Source: the human T2T-CHM13v2.0 reference genome, Homo sapiens. From it: a stretch of DNA of 64,000 nt. The translations under genes and the position numbers were made by a program. The stretch is taken from assembly GCF_009914755.1 (NCBI RefSeq), contig NC_060925.1; one strand, given 5' to 3'. Shown piece after piece: positions 34,979 to 47,563 of the stretch; the stretch's first letter is position 1; each line of letters starts with the position of its first letter. The notes beneath the pieces were generated by a model, which saw only the letters and a program-made list of their open reading frames with translations, ran no database searches and was not told the origin of the DNA.

Positions 34979-37028
34979 ATTTCTTCTAAGCGCCTTCTCC
35001 TGTCATCCTTCTGGCAGCCCTGTCAGGTTGAAATCAGCATTGCCAAGAGGCTCAGAGAGGTTAAGGCACTTGCCTGAGGTTATGCAGCCGGTAGCAGATG
35101 GGGCTTTAAAGTCAAGTGGGCCTGACTCCATGTTGCGGAAAGGGACTGCTGGACCGAAGGAGATGGAAAGGTCAGAGCCTGGGGGGAGGACAGGAGAAAC
35201 CGGGCTGGCAATGATGATGGGCTGGCACAGGCAGGAGGCAGTTAAACCAGATGAGTTGTAAGCCCTAACCCAAGGCTGAAACTCGGTGGCTTTTGAAATG
35301 GGCTAGAACCAGCACTTTCCCACTCCCCCTGCCCCTGGCTTCCCCAGGAAGCCCAAGTCCTGTCAGTACCCTGCTCCCCACCCTCTCTCCCCACCAACTG
35401 GTCACAGCTCTCCACCCCTTGCTGCCTCCAACTGACAGAGCCCCTCCCTCTAAACCCAGTCTTTCAAAGGGATTGTCTTTTTTTACTTCTCCAACCATCT
35501 TCCCTTCTGTTCAACCACTCAGGAATTCTTGGATGACAGTGATAATAATAAAATAGCTAATATTCATTAAGAATTTCCAACATGCCAGGCTCTGTTGGAA
35601 GCTGTAACTCATGTCCTCGCACATACCCTATGAGGGAGAGAGTAGCATTATCCCCACTTTATAGGAGGGTAAACTGTGGCCAGAGAGAAGGAGTGATTTC
35701 CCAAGTCCCTTAGCTAAGAAGCAGTAGAGACCTTATGTGAACGCTGAGTGTTGCTTTCCTTGTGACACTACAGGCTCCCGCCACCAGGTGAATGTGTGCT
35801 GCCTAACAAGAGCAGCAATCATCGTGGTGGTAAAAAGCCACTTTCACCGAACACTGACCATGTGCCTACCACTACCCTTGGTGTGTCCCATGCATTAGTC
35901 CTTTTATCAGGCTGTCTGGCTTCAAAGTTTATGTTTTTACCACCAGGTACAGTGGCCTCTTAACATAACATTGAGTTTTAAGATCCAGTGGATGTGGGTT
36001 TGACTCCCAGCCACACAGGAGCTGTGTGACTTTTATCAAGGTGCTTGCCCTCTCTGATCCCGTTGCCTCATCTGTAAAATAAGAAAGCAAGAGTGCATTC
36101 TCAGGGGCTGAATATCAAATTACAGGGGATAATGGCATGCAAGCCATCTGGCTCAGAGCCTGGCCTATACGTACCCAACTTATTAAAGTTGTTAAATTGC
36201 CATTTTGTAAAACCTTTAGCAAGAGCAAGAGTGAGAGCTGATGCTTATTCATGGATAAGCAGGACCATGCCCCTGAGCCACCCTGTCTTCAGAGCATAGA
36301 GCCTGACAGAACCTAAAGCTGTCACCAGCATTCCCTGGCCACACTCATCTTTACAGCTTCCTTTCCTTGGTGCACAGTGTCTGGCATAACTCGGGGCTTT
36401 CAGCAAGAAATTGATCAGGACTAGGCTGAGGGGCTGAGGCTGGTTTGCAGAGCATAGGAGCCAAATATCAGTAGGCCTTGTCTGGTCCCAGGGAGCCCTC
36501 CACATGCCAGACTCTGGGGTTGGGACAGCCAGCATGTGGCAGAGAGGGTAGGAGTTTGGCCACAACCCTGCTGTTAGAATAGCTTGCTGGGTGATTTTTG
36601 GGTAGGTTGCTTTCTAAGTTCCGATCCTCAGTTTCCTCATCTGCAAGATGGGAAATTAATCACAACCCACTTCCCCAGGGTGTTGAGAGGATCAGAGAAC
36701 AGCAGCAATAGCAGTAGCAGCCACAAGTCCCAATGAGAGCTTGGGGCTCAAGGCTTTATGACTCTTTCCCATCCATGGTCTCACCTGGGTCCCTGTGGCC
36801 ACTCTGGGAAGTAGGCAGAGACCACTCTGCTCCCCCATTTTAAGAGAGGATACAGTTCAGCCTCTGAGGAAAGGTTTCCTGGAGGAAGAAGGCTTTGACC
36901 CAAGCTTCGAATGAAGAAAAAAAATTTGGATCTGGGCAAAGGTGGAATGGGCTGCCTCGAGAGGTAATGAGCTGCCCATCACTGAAACGGTGCAAACTAT
37001 GGATGGAAGAGCCCTTGGCAGAGATGTC

Positions 37029-37178
37029 ATTTCCTCACACTCTGCTGAGAAAGTTCAGCTTGACTCTTCCAAGGAAATAATGTGATGTGCAGCTAGCGTT
37101 GTGATTAGTTCTTAGGGCTGAGTGAACACAACGTTTGTGCAGCAGGGGAGTGCGTTGAGGCACCACACGGGGGACCTT
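37029..37178 (+). repeat. Diverged ~155-bp direct repeat in C1QB intron 1, copy 2
   Basis: Aligns to 34819-34978. Confidence 0.9.
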
Positions 37179-37229
37179 GGCAGAGGTGTCATTGAGGAAA
37201 CTTAAGAATAGGCTGAAGGGTCCTCAGGA

Positions 37230-38780
37230 ACTTAAACATGGAATTGCCATAAGCGGTAATTCCTCTCCTGGGTATAAACCCCAAAGAATTAAAAACAGAT
37301 ACTCAAATCCTTGTTCACAAATGTTCATAGCAGCACTCTTCACAATAGCCAAAAGGTGGAAACTTCCCAAATGTCCACCAATGATGAGTGGATAAACAAA
37401 TAGCCAAGCGAGATGGTGCGTGCCTGTAATCCCAGCTACTCAGGAGGCTGAGGCAGGAGGATGGCTTGAGCTCCAGAGTTCGAGACCAGCCTGGGCAACA
37501 GAGTGAGACCCCATCTCAAAAAAAACCAAAAACCCCAAAACCAAATTGTAGTGTGTAAGTGGAAGGTCTGTAAGTGGAAAGACACAAACGGTATTTTCCT
37601 CTGCTCTCACACCACAACAATCAACACAGAAGACTTCTGTGACCAAATGTGGGGGGTTTCTCCCCACACACCAAGCAAGCAATCAAATCTGCTGGGTGTC
37701 TTTCCACTCAGTTCTGACACTGTCTAGGAATAGCATCAGACCCCACAGGCTGAGAGCTCAGTCCCACAAGACTGCTCCCCCTCAGACACCATTTGCAAGT
37801 CCAGGCCCCCAGAACTTCTGACCAATCAGCTTCAAGTTGGGGTTCTCACAACCCCCTGCTTGGGTTTGGATTCTTTGCTAGAGTGGCCCACAGAAGTCGG
37901 GGAAACACGTTTACAAGTTTATTATAAAGAATACTATAAAGGATACAGATGAGATGCTCAGGGTGAGGTATGAGGGAAGAGGCGTGCCACTGTCATGCCC
38001 AGGTCCCTGGGCATGCTGCCCCCGAGGAACCTCCTCGTGTTCAGCTATTTGGAAGCTCTCTAAACCTAGTTCTTTGGGATTTTTATGGAGGCTTTATTAT
38101 GTAGGCACGATTGATTAAGCCATTGACCATTGGTAATCAATTTAACCTTCAGCCCCACTCCCCTCCCCAGAGGTTGGGGGGTGGGGCTGAGAGTAGACCC
38201 TCTAAGCCTGCCTTGGTCTTCCTGGTGACGAGCCCCATCCTGAAGCTACCTAGGGGCTGGCAGCCATCAATCTATCATTAGCATACAAAAATACCTCACT
38301 TTGGAAATTCTAAGGATTTTAGGAGTTGTCTGCCAGGAAAGAGGTAGAAGACCAAATATATACTTTGCAATATCACATGTACCCATACAATGGAGTATTA
38401 TTCAGTTATAAAAAGGAATGAAGTACTGATACATGCTACAACATAGAAACATGGATGAACCTTGAAAACATTACCCTAAATGAAATGAGTCAGACACAAA
38501 AGGTCACACGTTGTATAATTCCATTTATATGAAATAATAGGAATAGGTAAATCCATAGGGACAGAAAGCAGATTCATGGTTGTCAGGGGCTGGGGGAAGG
38601 AGGATTGAGAAGAAACTGCTTAACGGGCATAGAGTTTTATTTTGGGGTGATGAAAAGTCTTGGAACTAGATGGAAGTGAGGGTTGCACAAGACTGTGAAT
38701 GTATTCAATACCACTAAAATGCTTGCTTTAAATTGGTTAATTTTATGTTGTAGGAATGTTGCCTCAGTTAAAAATATATA
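37230..38780 (+). mobile_element. L1MB-like 3' fragment interrupted by an Alu monomer (about 37401-37545) and a MER21-like LTR
   Basis: L1 motifs AAATGTTCATAGCAGCACT and CCATACAATGGAGTATTATTCAG flank the inserts. Confidence 0.8.
37550..38377 (-). mobile_element. MER21A/B-like LTR
   Basis: Minus strand starts TGTGATATTGCAAAGTATATATTTGGTCTTC, resembling the MER21 5' end. Confidence 0.75.
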
Positions 38781-39688
38781 GGCTGAGGGTTAAACTAGAT
38801 GAACTTAAAGGCCACTTTGTCCTGAGAGCTAATGGCATGGAACACTGGCCATGCTGACCAGTTTGAGACAGCCCACCGGCTTCTTCCTAGTTCTTTGGGA
38901 TTAAAAAGGGGCCATCACTGCCCTCTTGCCAGAGTCACAGCTCTGAGAATATTCTACCAGCAGAAACAGCCTGGTATGCTGGCAGGGACATCGGCTTCAT
39001 TCCTTCCTGTATGACTCTGAGCAAGTGACTTGGCCTCCCTGAGCCTCAGTGTCCCCTTTGGTGTAGGAATCACAGTAGATGCAGGGATGCTCTAAGCATG
39101 CAAGGTGGCCCGTTCATAAGCAGCATCATACCCTGAATTCAGAAGCTCTACTGAATAAGAGCTTTCGGGGAATAAAACCCCAAACTCATAGTAGCTTAGT
39201 TGCCTCTCCACTCTTGCTTCCTGTCACTTGAACTCTTGCTCCCCTCTGTCATACTGGCCTCCTGCTGATCCTCAACATCCTAACCTCTGTCCTGCCTCTG
39301 GGCCTTCTCCATATTCTCTGTCCTCCTGGAACATTCTTGCCCCCACCTTTTCTGGACCTTCAGGTCTCAGCCTAATCATCACTTCCAAGAGTGGCTTCCC
39401 CTTGGAGAAGACTTTCCTGGTGGGAGGACTTCCCTCACAAAACCCACCACCTCCCACCTCCAGCCCAGTTACTCTGCCTCCCAGCATCCTTCTCTTTCTT
39501 TCAGAGCACCAATCACGGTCTATCACTATTTCTATTTACTTTATGCTGACCCATTTATATCTACCTGTTTATATCTGTCCCCACTAGGGGCACAAGTCCA
39601 GGAGGGCAGGGACTGTATCCGTCTTGTTCTTCACTGAATCCCCAGCACCTTGCACAGAGTCTGGTAGATAGGGGACAATCAGTGAACA

Positions 39689-40334
39689 TATGGATGGAGG
39701 AATGGATGGATGGAGGGACAGATGGAGGAATAGAGGGATGGATGGATGAACGGATGGATGGATAGATGGACAGAGGGATGGAGGGATGCAGGGGCAGAAG
39801 GATGGATGGATGGATGGATGGAGGGTGGATGGATGGACAGATGGACAGAGGGATGCAGGGATGGAAGGATGGAGGGATGGATGGATGGACAGCAGGATGG
39901 AGGGATGGATGGATGGATGGATGCAGGGATGGAGGGGTAGAGAGATGGATGGATGGATGGATGGAGAGGAGGATGGATGGATGGATGCAGGGATGGACAG
40001 AGGGATGCATGGGTGGATGAATGGATGCAGGGATGGAGGGATAGAGAGACAGATGGATGGATGGATGGATGGATGGATGGACAGGGGGATGGAGGGATGG
40101 ATGCAGGGATGGAGGATAGAGAGATAGATGGATGGATGGATGAATGGATGGATGCAGATAGAGGGATAGAGAGATGGATGGATGGATGGTTGGATGCAGG
40201 AATGGAGGGATAGAGAGATGGATGGATGGATGCAGGGATGGAGGGATAGAGAGATGGATGGATGGATGGACGGATGCAGATGGAGGGATAGAGAGATGGA
40301 TGGATGGATGGATGGATGGATGGATGGATGGATG
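39689..40334 (+). repeat. Complex (GGAT)n purine-rich tandem repeat at the tail of an L2 fragment
   Basis: About 645 bp of GGAT/GGAG/GAGA units; preceded by an L2-like 3' end (39540-39688). Confidence 0.95.
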
Positions 40335-40396
40335 ATAGGATCACCACGGTGGTAACCTCTCACATTGTCTTCTCCACAGGAGGCGTCTGACACAGT

Positions 40397-40583
40397 ATGA
40401 TGATGAAGATCCCATGGGGCAGCATCCCAGTACTGATGTTGCTCCTGCTCCTGGGCCTAATCGATATCTCCCAGGCCCAGCTCAGCTGCACCGGGCCCCC
40501 AGCCATCCCTGGCATCCCGGGTATCCCTGGGACACCTGGCCCCGATGGCCAACCTGGGACCCCAGGGATAAAAGGAGAGAAAG
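40397..40583 (+). CDS. C1QB: Complement C1q B chain, coding exon 2
   Basis: Acceptor CCACAG|40380. ATGATGATG start encodes [39 protein letters not shown]...GEK. Donor AG|GTACCA after 40583; 187 nt, phase 1. Confidence 0.97.
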
Positions 40584-41751
40584 GTACCATGGGATTTAGC
40601 AGGACACTGGTAATACTGACCAAATTTCCCGTCTCCTGCCTCCCAAGTCACAGTTGCCTACCTTTGAGACTGCAAAAGCACTGGCAAATCCAGCAGCTTG
40701 CTGAACCCTTGCAGTAACTTTGCAAGGAGGGAATTCTGATTCCCATTTTACAGAGAGGAAAACTAGCATCTAGAAAGTCTGCTGACTTACTCAAGGTAGC
40801 CCAGTAAATGTTGAGGCTAAGACCAGACCACGGATCTCTTACCATTAAATTCAGGTGGAGAGGGAGTGCCGCTGTGGCCACAGAGTCCTGTGTTTAAACT
40901 TACCTCCTGGGCAAATGACTTCTCTCTGAATTGCTATTTCCTCACCTGTAAGATGGGGGCAATGGTACTTTTTTGGGGTTGTCATGGGGTTCAAATGAGA
41001 CTCCCAGCCTTGAAAACCCCTCTGTAAAATTTGGTTTATTCATTCATTTAACCTACGGTTATAGAGCAACTGTCTGTGCCAGTCACTCTCCTCACATAAT
41101 CTCATCTAATCCTTACAATCCCACAAAATATCTTCATCCCCATTTCACAGATGAGGAGGCTGACCTCAGGAAATGTGACTCAGTCAAGGTGACACCACTA
41201 CTAATGGCAGATGTGACACGCAAAGCACATCTCTCTGTCCCCAGATCCCATCTTCTCAGGCCCTATTCTCTGCCACTCTACTGGAAAATCGGTCTTATCT
41301 TGTGTTGTGCCAAACCAAGGGGTAGTGGCTGCTTGGGGGGTGGAGTGAGAAGGAGTCTAAAGTCCATTTCCAGGAGCAGCAAGAGTGAAGGCCATGGGTG
41401 ATTAGGGATGTCTGCCAGGGGTGAGGGATAGAGGGAGACAGCACTCATTATCCCTGCTCTAGCTGAAGAAGGACCCCCACACAAGCTGGGGAGGAGGGCC
41501 GGCCTAGCACCTTCCTCAGCAAGGAGCCATTCCCCTCCCCACGATCAGCAGCCCCCAAGAAGGTCAAGCATATCACAGACTCAGGAAGCTGGGCTGGAGG
41601 GAGACCCAGAGCCCCTGCCTGACACTGCCTCCTTCGTTTTACAGATGGGAGACTGAGGCTCAGAGAGAGGCAGGGCCCTGCCCAAGGTTCCAGCGCAGGC
41701 CTCCTTCTTTTGGTCTCAGTGATCTCACTTCTTTGGTCTCTGCTTTTCCAG

Positions 41752-42326
41752 GGCTTCCAGGGCTGGCTGGAGACCATGGTGAGTTCGGAGAGAAGGGAGA
41801 CCCAGGGATTCCTGGGAATCCAGGAAAAGTCGGCCCCAAGGGCCCCATGGGCCCTAAAGGTGGCCCAGGGGCCCCTGGAGCCCCAGGCCCCAAAGGTGAA
41901 TCGGGAGACTACAAGGCCACCCAGAAAATCGCCTTCTCTGCCACAAGAACCATCAACGTCCCCCTGCGCCGGGACCAGACCATCCGCTTCGACCACGTGA
42001 TCACCAACATGAACAACAATTATGAGCCCCGCAGTGGCAAGTTCACCTGCAAGGTGCCCGGTCTCTACTACTTCACCTACCACGCCAGCTCTCGAGGGAA
42101 CCTGTGCGTGAACCTCATGCGTGGCCGGGAGCGTGCACAGAAGGTGGTCACCTTCTGTGACTATGCCTACAACACCTTCCAGGTCACCACCGGTGGCATG
42201 GTCCTCAAGCTGGAGCAGGGGGAGAACGTCTTCCTGCAGGCCACCGACAAGAACTCACTACTGGGCATGGAGGGTGCCAACAGCATCTTTTCCGGGTTCC
42301 TGCTCTTTCCAGATATGGAGGCCTGA
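41752..42326 (+). CDS. C1QB: Complement C1q B chain, coding exon 3
   Basis: Acceptor TTTTCCAG|41752. Encodes [16 protein letters not shown]...KIAFSA...[13 protein letters not shown]. 187+575=762 nt = 253 aa from the first ATG. Confidence 0.98.
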
Positions 42327-42452
42327 CCTGTGGGCTGCTTCACATCCACCCCGGCTCCCCCTGCCAGCAACGCTCACTCTACCCCCAACACCACCCCTTG
42401 CCCAGCCAATGCACACAGTAGGGCTTGGTGAATGCTGCTGAGTGAATGAGTA

Positions 42453-42458
42453 AATAAA
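42453..42458 (+). terminator. C1QB polyadenylation signal AATAAA
   Basis: AATAAA about 125 nt after the stop codon. Confidence 0.85.
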
Positions 42459-44569
42459 CTCTTCAAGGCCAAGGGACAGTGGTCTAATTCAACTCTGTGT
42501 CCCAGCACCTGGCACACCAGAAGTGCCATGCTCAGAAATGTTGGTTACATGAATGAATGAACCATGAATGAATGAAATCTCTGTCCGTGTGCTGCTCTGT
42601 GCCAGCCACACAGTGGGAGGTGGGGGTCCAGCACCAACTATGCTCCCAGTGGTAGCCTACACCTTTTCCTGATTCTCTCACTAATCCTCACACTCCTCCT
42701 GGGAGAGGGCGCATCGTGCCCAGCTTACAGAAGAGCAAACTGAGGATCAGAAGGGATGAAGGGATTGTCCACAATCTCACAGCAGGGCTGGGATTCAAGG
42801 GCAGGCCTGCCCATTGATGGCCTGAGACCTTTTTTAAAGGCAACATGTCTAGGCCAGCCCCTAAAGGGGTTCTGTGCTTGTCCCTTCCTGTTACCCCTAC
42901 CAAGGATCAAGGGGTCATCCTCCAAGGCTTTAACTGACCTTGGAGCAGGAACCTTTCCCTTTCTTATTCTCCCCACATGCCCTTCCTCCCAGTATCTTCT
43001 CAGCCTAGCACAAACTCAGCCATCCAGTTAGAGTAAATGTCACTCCCCCGCTCAAAAACCTTCAGTGGCTCCCCACTGCCCACCAGATACAGTCCCAGCC
43101 CATGAACTTGGCCTTCCAGCCTCACTCTACTGGGCCTTTCTGTCTTCTAAACAAGCCCACCTCAGTGCCCTTCCTCGCACTGTTCCCTTACCTAGAAGCC
43201 TTCCACTCTGCCCATCTACCCATCCTCATTCAAGCCACACCTCCTCCCTGAAGCAGGAACACCCTAGCTCTCGCACGCTCACTCCTCTGGCCTCCTCTAC
43301 CCCAGAGCGTGCACAGCCAGCATTTGGCTCCTCACCCTGTCTCCCCAGCTAGGCTGTAGCTCTGCACCCTGCTCATCTCTGAGCCAGCACAGAACCCATG
43401 ATGGACAGCAGCCACTCAGTAAAGATTTATTGCCTGATTGGCTGAGACCACAGGACTAGGACTCCAGAGTCCCGCCCAGCTCTGCACCTGCTCTCCTCAG
43501 CCTCTCCTACTAGCCCCAGCATCAAGACCCTCAACCAATCCTGACCTGAGATGGGAGGGATTTAAGATAGTCCCACCCGTGTCAACCAGTCCAGCCTCCT
43601 GTTTGGCTGGCCAGTCTCTCAGGATTCCATTCATTGGGTGCAGCTTCTGCCCTATCTCCTGGGCCTGGGGCCTGGCCTTGATGACCTGCCCTAACCCCAG
43701 ACTAGGTCCAACCGAGACCTAGAATCTTTTCTCCAGGAGCTGGCCCTTATTTCTGCTGCTCAACCCTTTCAATGCAAACTGCCTGGCCTTTGACTCTAAT
43801 ACTAATAGTTATGATAGTAATGGTCACACCACAATTGAATTACTGTGTATCTAGTGCTTTGCGCACATCAGCTCATTTAATTCCCAACCACAACCCCTAG
43901 GAGGAACATAGTATCATCCTCATGTGGTTACATGACAAAAAATATAAAACTCAGAGAGGGCAAGCAATTTGTCCAGGGTCACAGAGCTGACAGCTACACA
44001 GCCAGGTTTGGAGCCTGCTTTTGTTTGCCTCAGATTTCATCACCTCCTTGCCATCCACATCTGTTGGAACCCCTTCTGCAGCAACCCCCCTCTGCAGCCC
44101 CATGACCTCTCACCTGAACCCATCTGACCTCAGGAGTTCACATTCTCGAGCCTCTGCAGTTGGGTCCATCCTTGCTAGGCTACACTGCACCCGGAAGCAG
44201 AGCTGGCTGCTGGTGTCGAGCATGCGCAGAGCACCCCATCTTGCTGCACAGACCCAGGCAGAGCCGGGCTTGTCTGAGAAGTCAGAGCTCCACGCTCCTG
44301 CCTGCTTGTCTCGGGAGCTGCTGTCAGGCCGCCTGGCTCTTCTGCAAGACCAACCCTCCTCGGACCCCTGACCCATAAACCCTGACCCTGCCCCCTGTCC
44401 TCCACCAGACCCCCGCAGTCAGGACACTCATAACAGTGCCCTTGTCGGGCCCTCCCAGGAGCTTCCAGACCTGCCAGAAATCCAGGCTCTGACTGTGTGT
44501 CTAGCCATGGCCATCATAGTCCAACATCCCTTGCTCTACGCAGACGTGCATGCATCTCGACTCTTCACA

Positions 44570-44875
44570 TTTATTTATTTATATTTATTTTTGAGGCAGG
44601 GTCTTGCTCTATTGCCCGGGCTGGAGTGCAGTGGCGTAATCATGGCTCACTGCAGCCTCGATCTCCACGGCCCAAGCAATCCTCCCACTTCAGCCTCTCA
44701 AGTAGCTGGGACTACAGGTGTGCACCACCACACCCAGCTAATTTTTGCATTTTTTTGTAGAGATGGGGTTTCACCATCTTGCCCAGGCTGGTCTCGAACT
44801 CCTGGGCTCAAGCAATCCACCCGCCTCAGCCTCCCAAGGTGCTGGGATTATGGATGTGAGCCACTGCACTCAGCC
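44570..44875 (-). mobile_element. AluJ
   Basis: J-type diagnostics; TSD CTTCAC(A/C)TTTAT. Confidence 0.9.
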
Positions 44876-45597
44876 TTCACCTTTATCATGGCTCTTTTCC
44901 AACCAGTTGGGATAGGGTTGCTCCTACAGCTCTCTGGGGAGATGAGTGAGGTTTCATTACAAGAACCTGGACCAAGAACAGTGTGGGAACCCAGAAGTGA
45001 TCTGAGATGAGTCCTGGTAGCTCACCTGTTTTATCACTGCCCAGACACCTTCCTTTTCCCCTTGGTCCCATTCTCAGAGGCAGTGGGACTCAAATCTTCT
45101 GCCTGGGCTAGCAGTTGGGCAGGGAAAGGAAGGGAAGTGGCTCTCCTCAGGCTTATGACCCTTGAACCTCATGCACCCCCTTGATCCTGACCCCCATCCC
45201 TCAACATGCCAGAACCCTTTTACTTGCAAGTGACAGAAGCCCCTTCAAACAAACTTGGGAGAAAAAAGGGAGTAATCAGAAGAACCCAGGAGCAGGGGAG
45301 CTGCTCAGTCTCAGTGGACACAGGGTTGAGACCTGGGTGCCCCCCAGACCCGGACTGGGATATTACTCTGAGACCTCTCTTTTCTGCATCTCTCTCTGCA
45401 GAACTGCCCTCTCAACTGTGAAGGCAAGCGGATGCCCCCAGATGACGTCTGGACCCCCAAGTTAGCCCCCATCTTTCATAGAAGTGACACAGAGTCTAAC
45501 ATCTCCAATCCCCAGTTCCCAGGAGAGAGATGCAATTGCCCCTGCTTGGAATCAGGATACTCCTCGCCCAATCAGCTGAGGAGTAGATCATTCTAAT

Positions 45598-45875
45598 CCA
45601 GTGCTTCTCAAACTTCAGCAAGCATCACAGTCACAAGAAGGGCTTACTAGAATTTGCATTTTCTAACAGTTCCCATAGGGTGCTGTTGCTTCTGGATTTG
45701 TTTGTTTTTTTTTAAATAGAGATGGGGTCTTTCCATATTGCCCAGGCTGGTCTCAAACTCCTGGGCTCAAGTATTCCTCCTGCCTCGATCTCCCAAAGTG
45801 CTGGAATTACAGACACGAACCACCTCGCCCGGCCTGTTGCTTCTGTTTTGGAGACGACCTGTTGAGAACCACTGC
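45598..45875. mobile_element. MER5A-like element interrupted by an Alu monomer (FLAM-like, about 45697-45835)
   Basis: TIRs CAGTGCTTCTCAA...TTGAGAACCACTG. Confidence 0.7.
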
Positions 45876-47062
45876 CCTCATTATATTGCTCCCATTCTGT
45901 AGATAAGAATATTGAGACTCGGGGAGGGATGCTATTTGCCCATATCATGCAGAGGATCCGGGATTTCAATCCAGGTCTATTTAATCACGTGTTGAAGGCC
46001 TGTGCACTGTGGCCAGACTACAGGCAACCCCTCCTTTGTTTCAGGCTTTGTAATTTATAAGTCTTATCTCGTTTAATCCGTGGTGGGCAGGTACTATTGC
46101 TATGACCATTTCACAGATATGGAAACTGAGGTACAGGGAGCCCAATGGGTGGGGGCAGTTCTCAGAACAGCACTGGCAGGCCCTGTTAAATATGTCACCT
46201 TCTGACTACAGTGCTGAGTCCTGGCTTCACCCCCTGTTGACCCTGACCAACACGCCCCTCCCAGTGACCCACAATGCTTTAAGTCAGTTACGAGAGGAAA
46301 GGAGAGGAAAGGGCAAAGAAGCAGGAAGGTGGGGGCTTAATAAACAATGGTAACAACAACTCACACCATGCACGGTTCTATGTACTTCATGTTAACCTGT
46401 GTAACCTTTACAGTCATGTTCCCCTTTTACAGGTGGGAACACGGAGGCAGAGCAGTTCAATGACTTGCCCGAAATTCTGCAATTAGTTAAGTAACAGAAC
46501 CAGGTTCAACGCCCGGCAAGTCAGTTCTGGAGCTGCTGCTCTGTCACTGCAGACAGAAGGATCCCCGAAGGGTGGTGCTGGTGGCAGTTGCGGGCACTAG
46601 CTCTTGACTTAGACCTGAGTCCGAACCCTGCCTGGGCTTCTCACTAGCTGTGTGCCTCCCATCAAGTGACTGCCCTGGTCTCCTGTTTTACCCCCATACG
46701 AATAAACAATGCACCTGTGATGTCCTGGCGCAGATCCTTGATTCTTTTCTTGGATTAGACCCCTAGAAGTGGACTCCCCAGGTGAAAGGATATGCACTTT
46801 TGAAGGCTTTGAAATGTGTTTCCAAATGGAGGGATGGGCTGTCAAGGCTGAACATGCCAGGCCTGTTCCAGGCTTGCTGCCACCAGGGGGGAGCAGACAC
46901 CAAGACAAGGACTGCCTGGAAAAGGGACCGGTGGTTACGCGGGACCGTGGAAACTCCTCCCTCCCTGCTCTCTTCTCCCCCAGGCCTTCCCACTCTCTGG
47001 GTGGGCTATGAACTTCCAGGGAGGTGCTGAGGTCAGCTTTGAAGACCCAGGTTCCTTCTAAA

Positions 47063-47563
47063 CCAGCGTCCTCAACGTGGGGTCCCAGCATCAGCCTTGC
47101 CTGGAAACTTGTCAGAAATGCAAATTCTCTGGCCCCATCTCAGTCTGGCTGAATCAGAAAATTGGACGCAGGAGCCCAGCAGTCACCTGCCCAGGTGATT
47201 CTGATGCAGCCAAGCTTGGGAATTACTGCTTTAGACCAGGGGTTGCCTCCTTTTTCTGTAAGCAACCAGGAAATATTTTAGGCCTTGCAGGCCATACAGC
47301 ATCTGTTGCAAGTATTCAGCCCTCTTTTTGTAACATGAAAACAGCCATGAGCAATATATAAATAAGTGAGCATGGCTATGTTCCAATACATCTTTATGAA
47401 CACTAAAATTTGAATTTTACATAATATTCTCGTGTCACAAAATATTTTCCTTTTGTTTTTTTTTCAACCATTTAAAAATGTAAAAACCATTCTTAGCTAG
47501 CAGGCTGCACACAACAGGCTGTGGGCTGAATTTAGCCTATGGGTTATAGTTTGCCAACCTTCT
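47063..47563. mobile_element. MER5A-like fragment followed by a MER58B-like hAT element
   Basis: GAAATGCAAATTCTC...CCAGGTGATTCTGATGCA, then CAGGGGTTG...AATATTTTAGGC...ATAGTTTGCCAACC. Confidence 0.7.

Noticed and set aside
39561-40393. PSIH- and WMDG-repeat ORFs up to 269 aa
   Set aside because: Translations of the (GGAT)n array.
41448-42083. 211-aa antisense ORF over C1QB exon 3
   Set aside because: Expected shadow frame of a GC3-rich coding exon.
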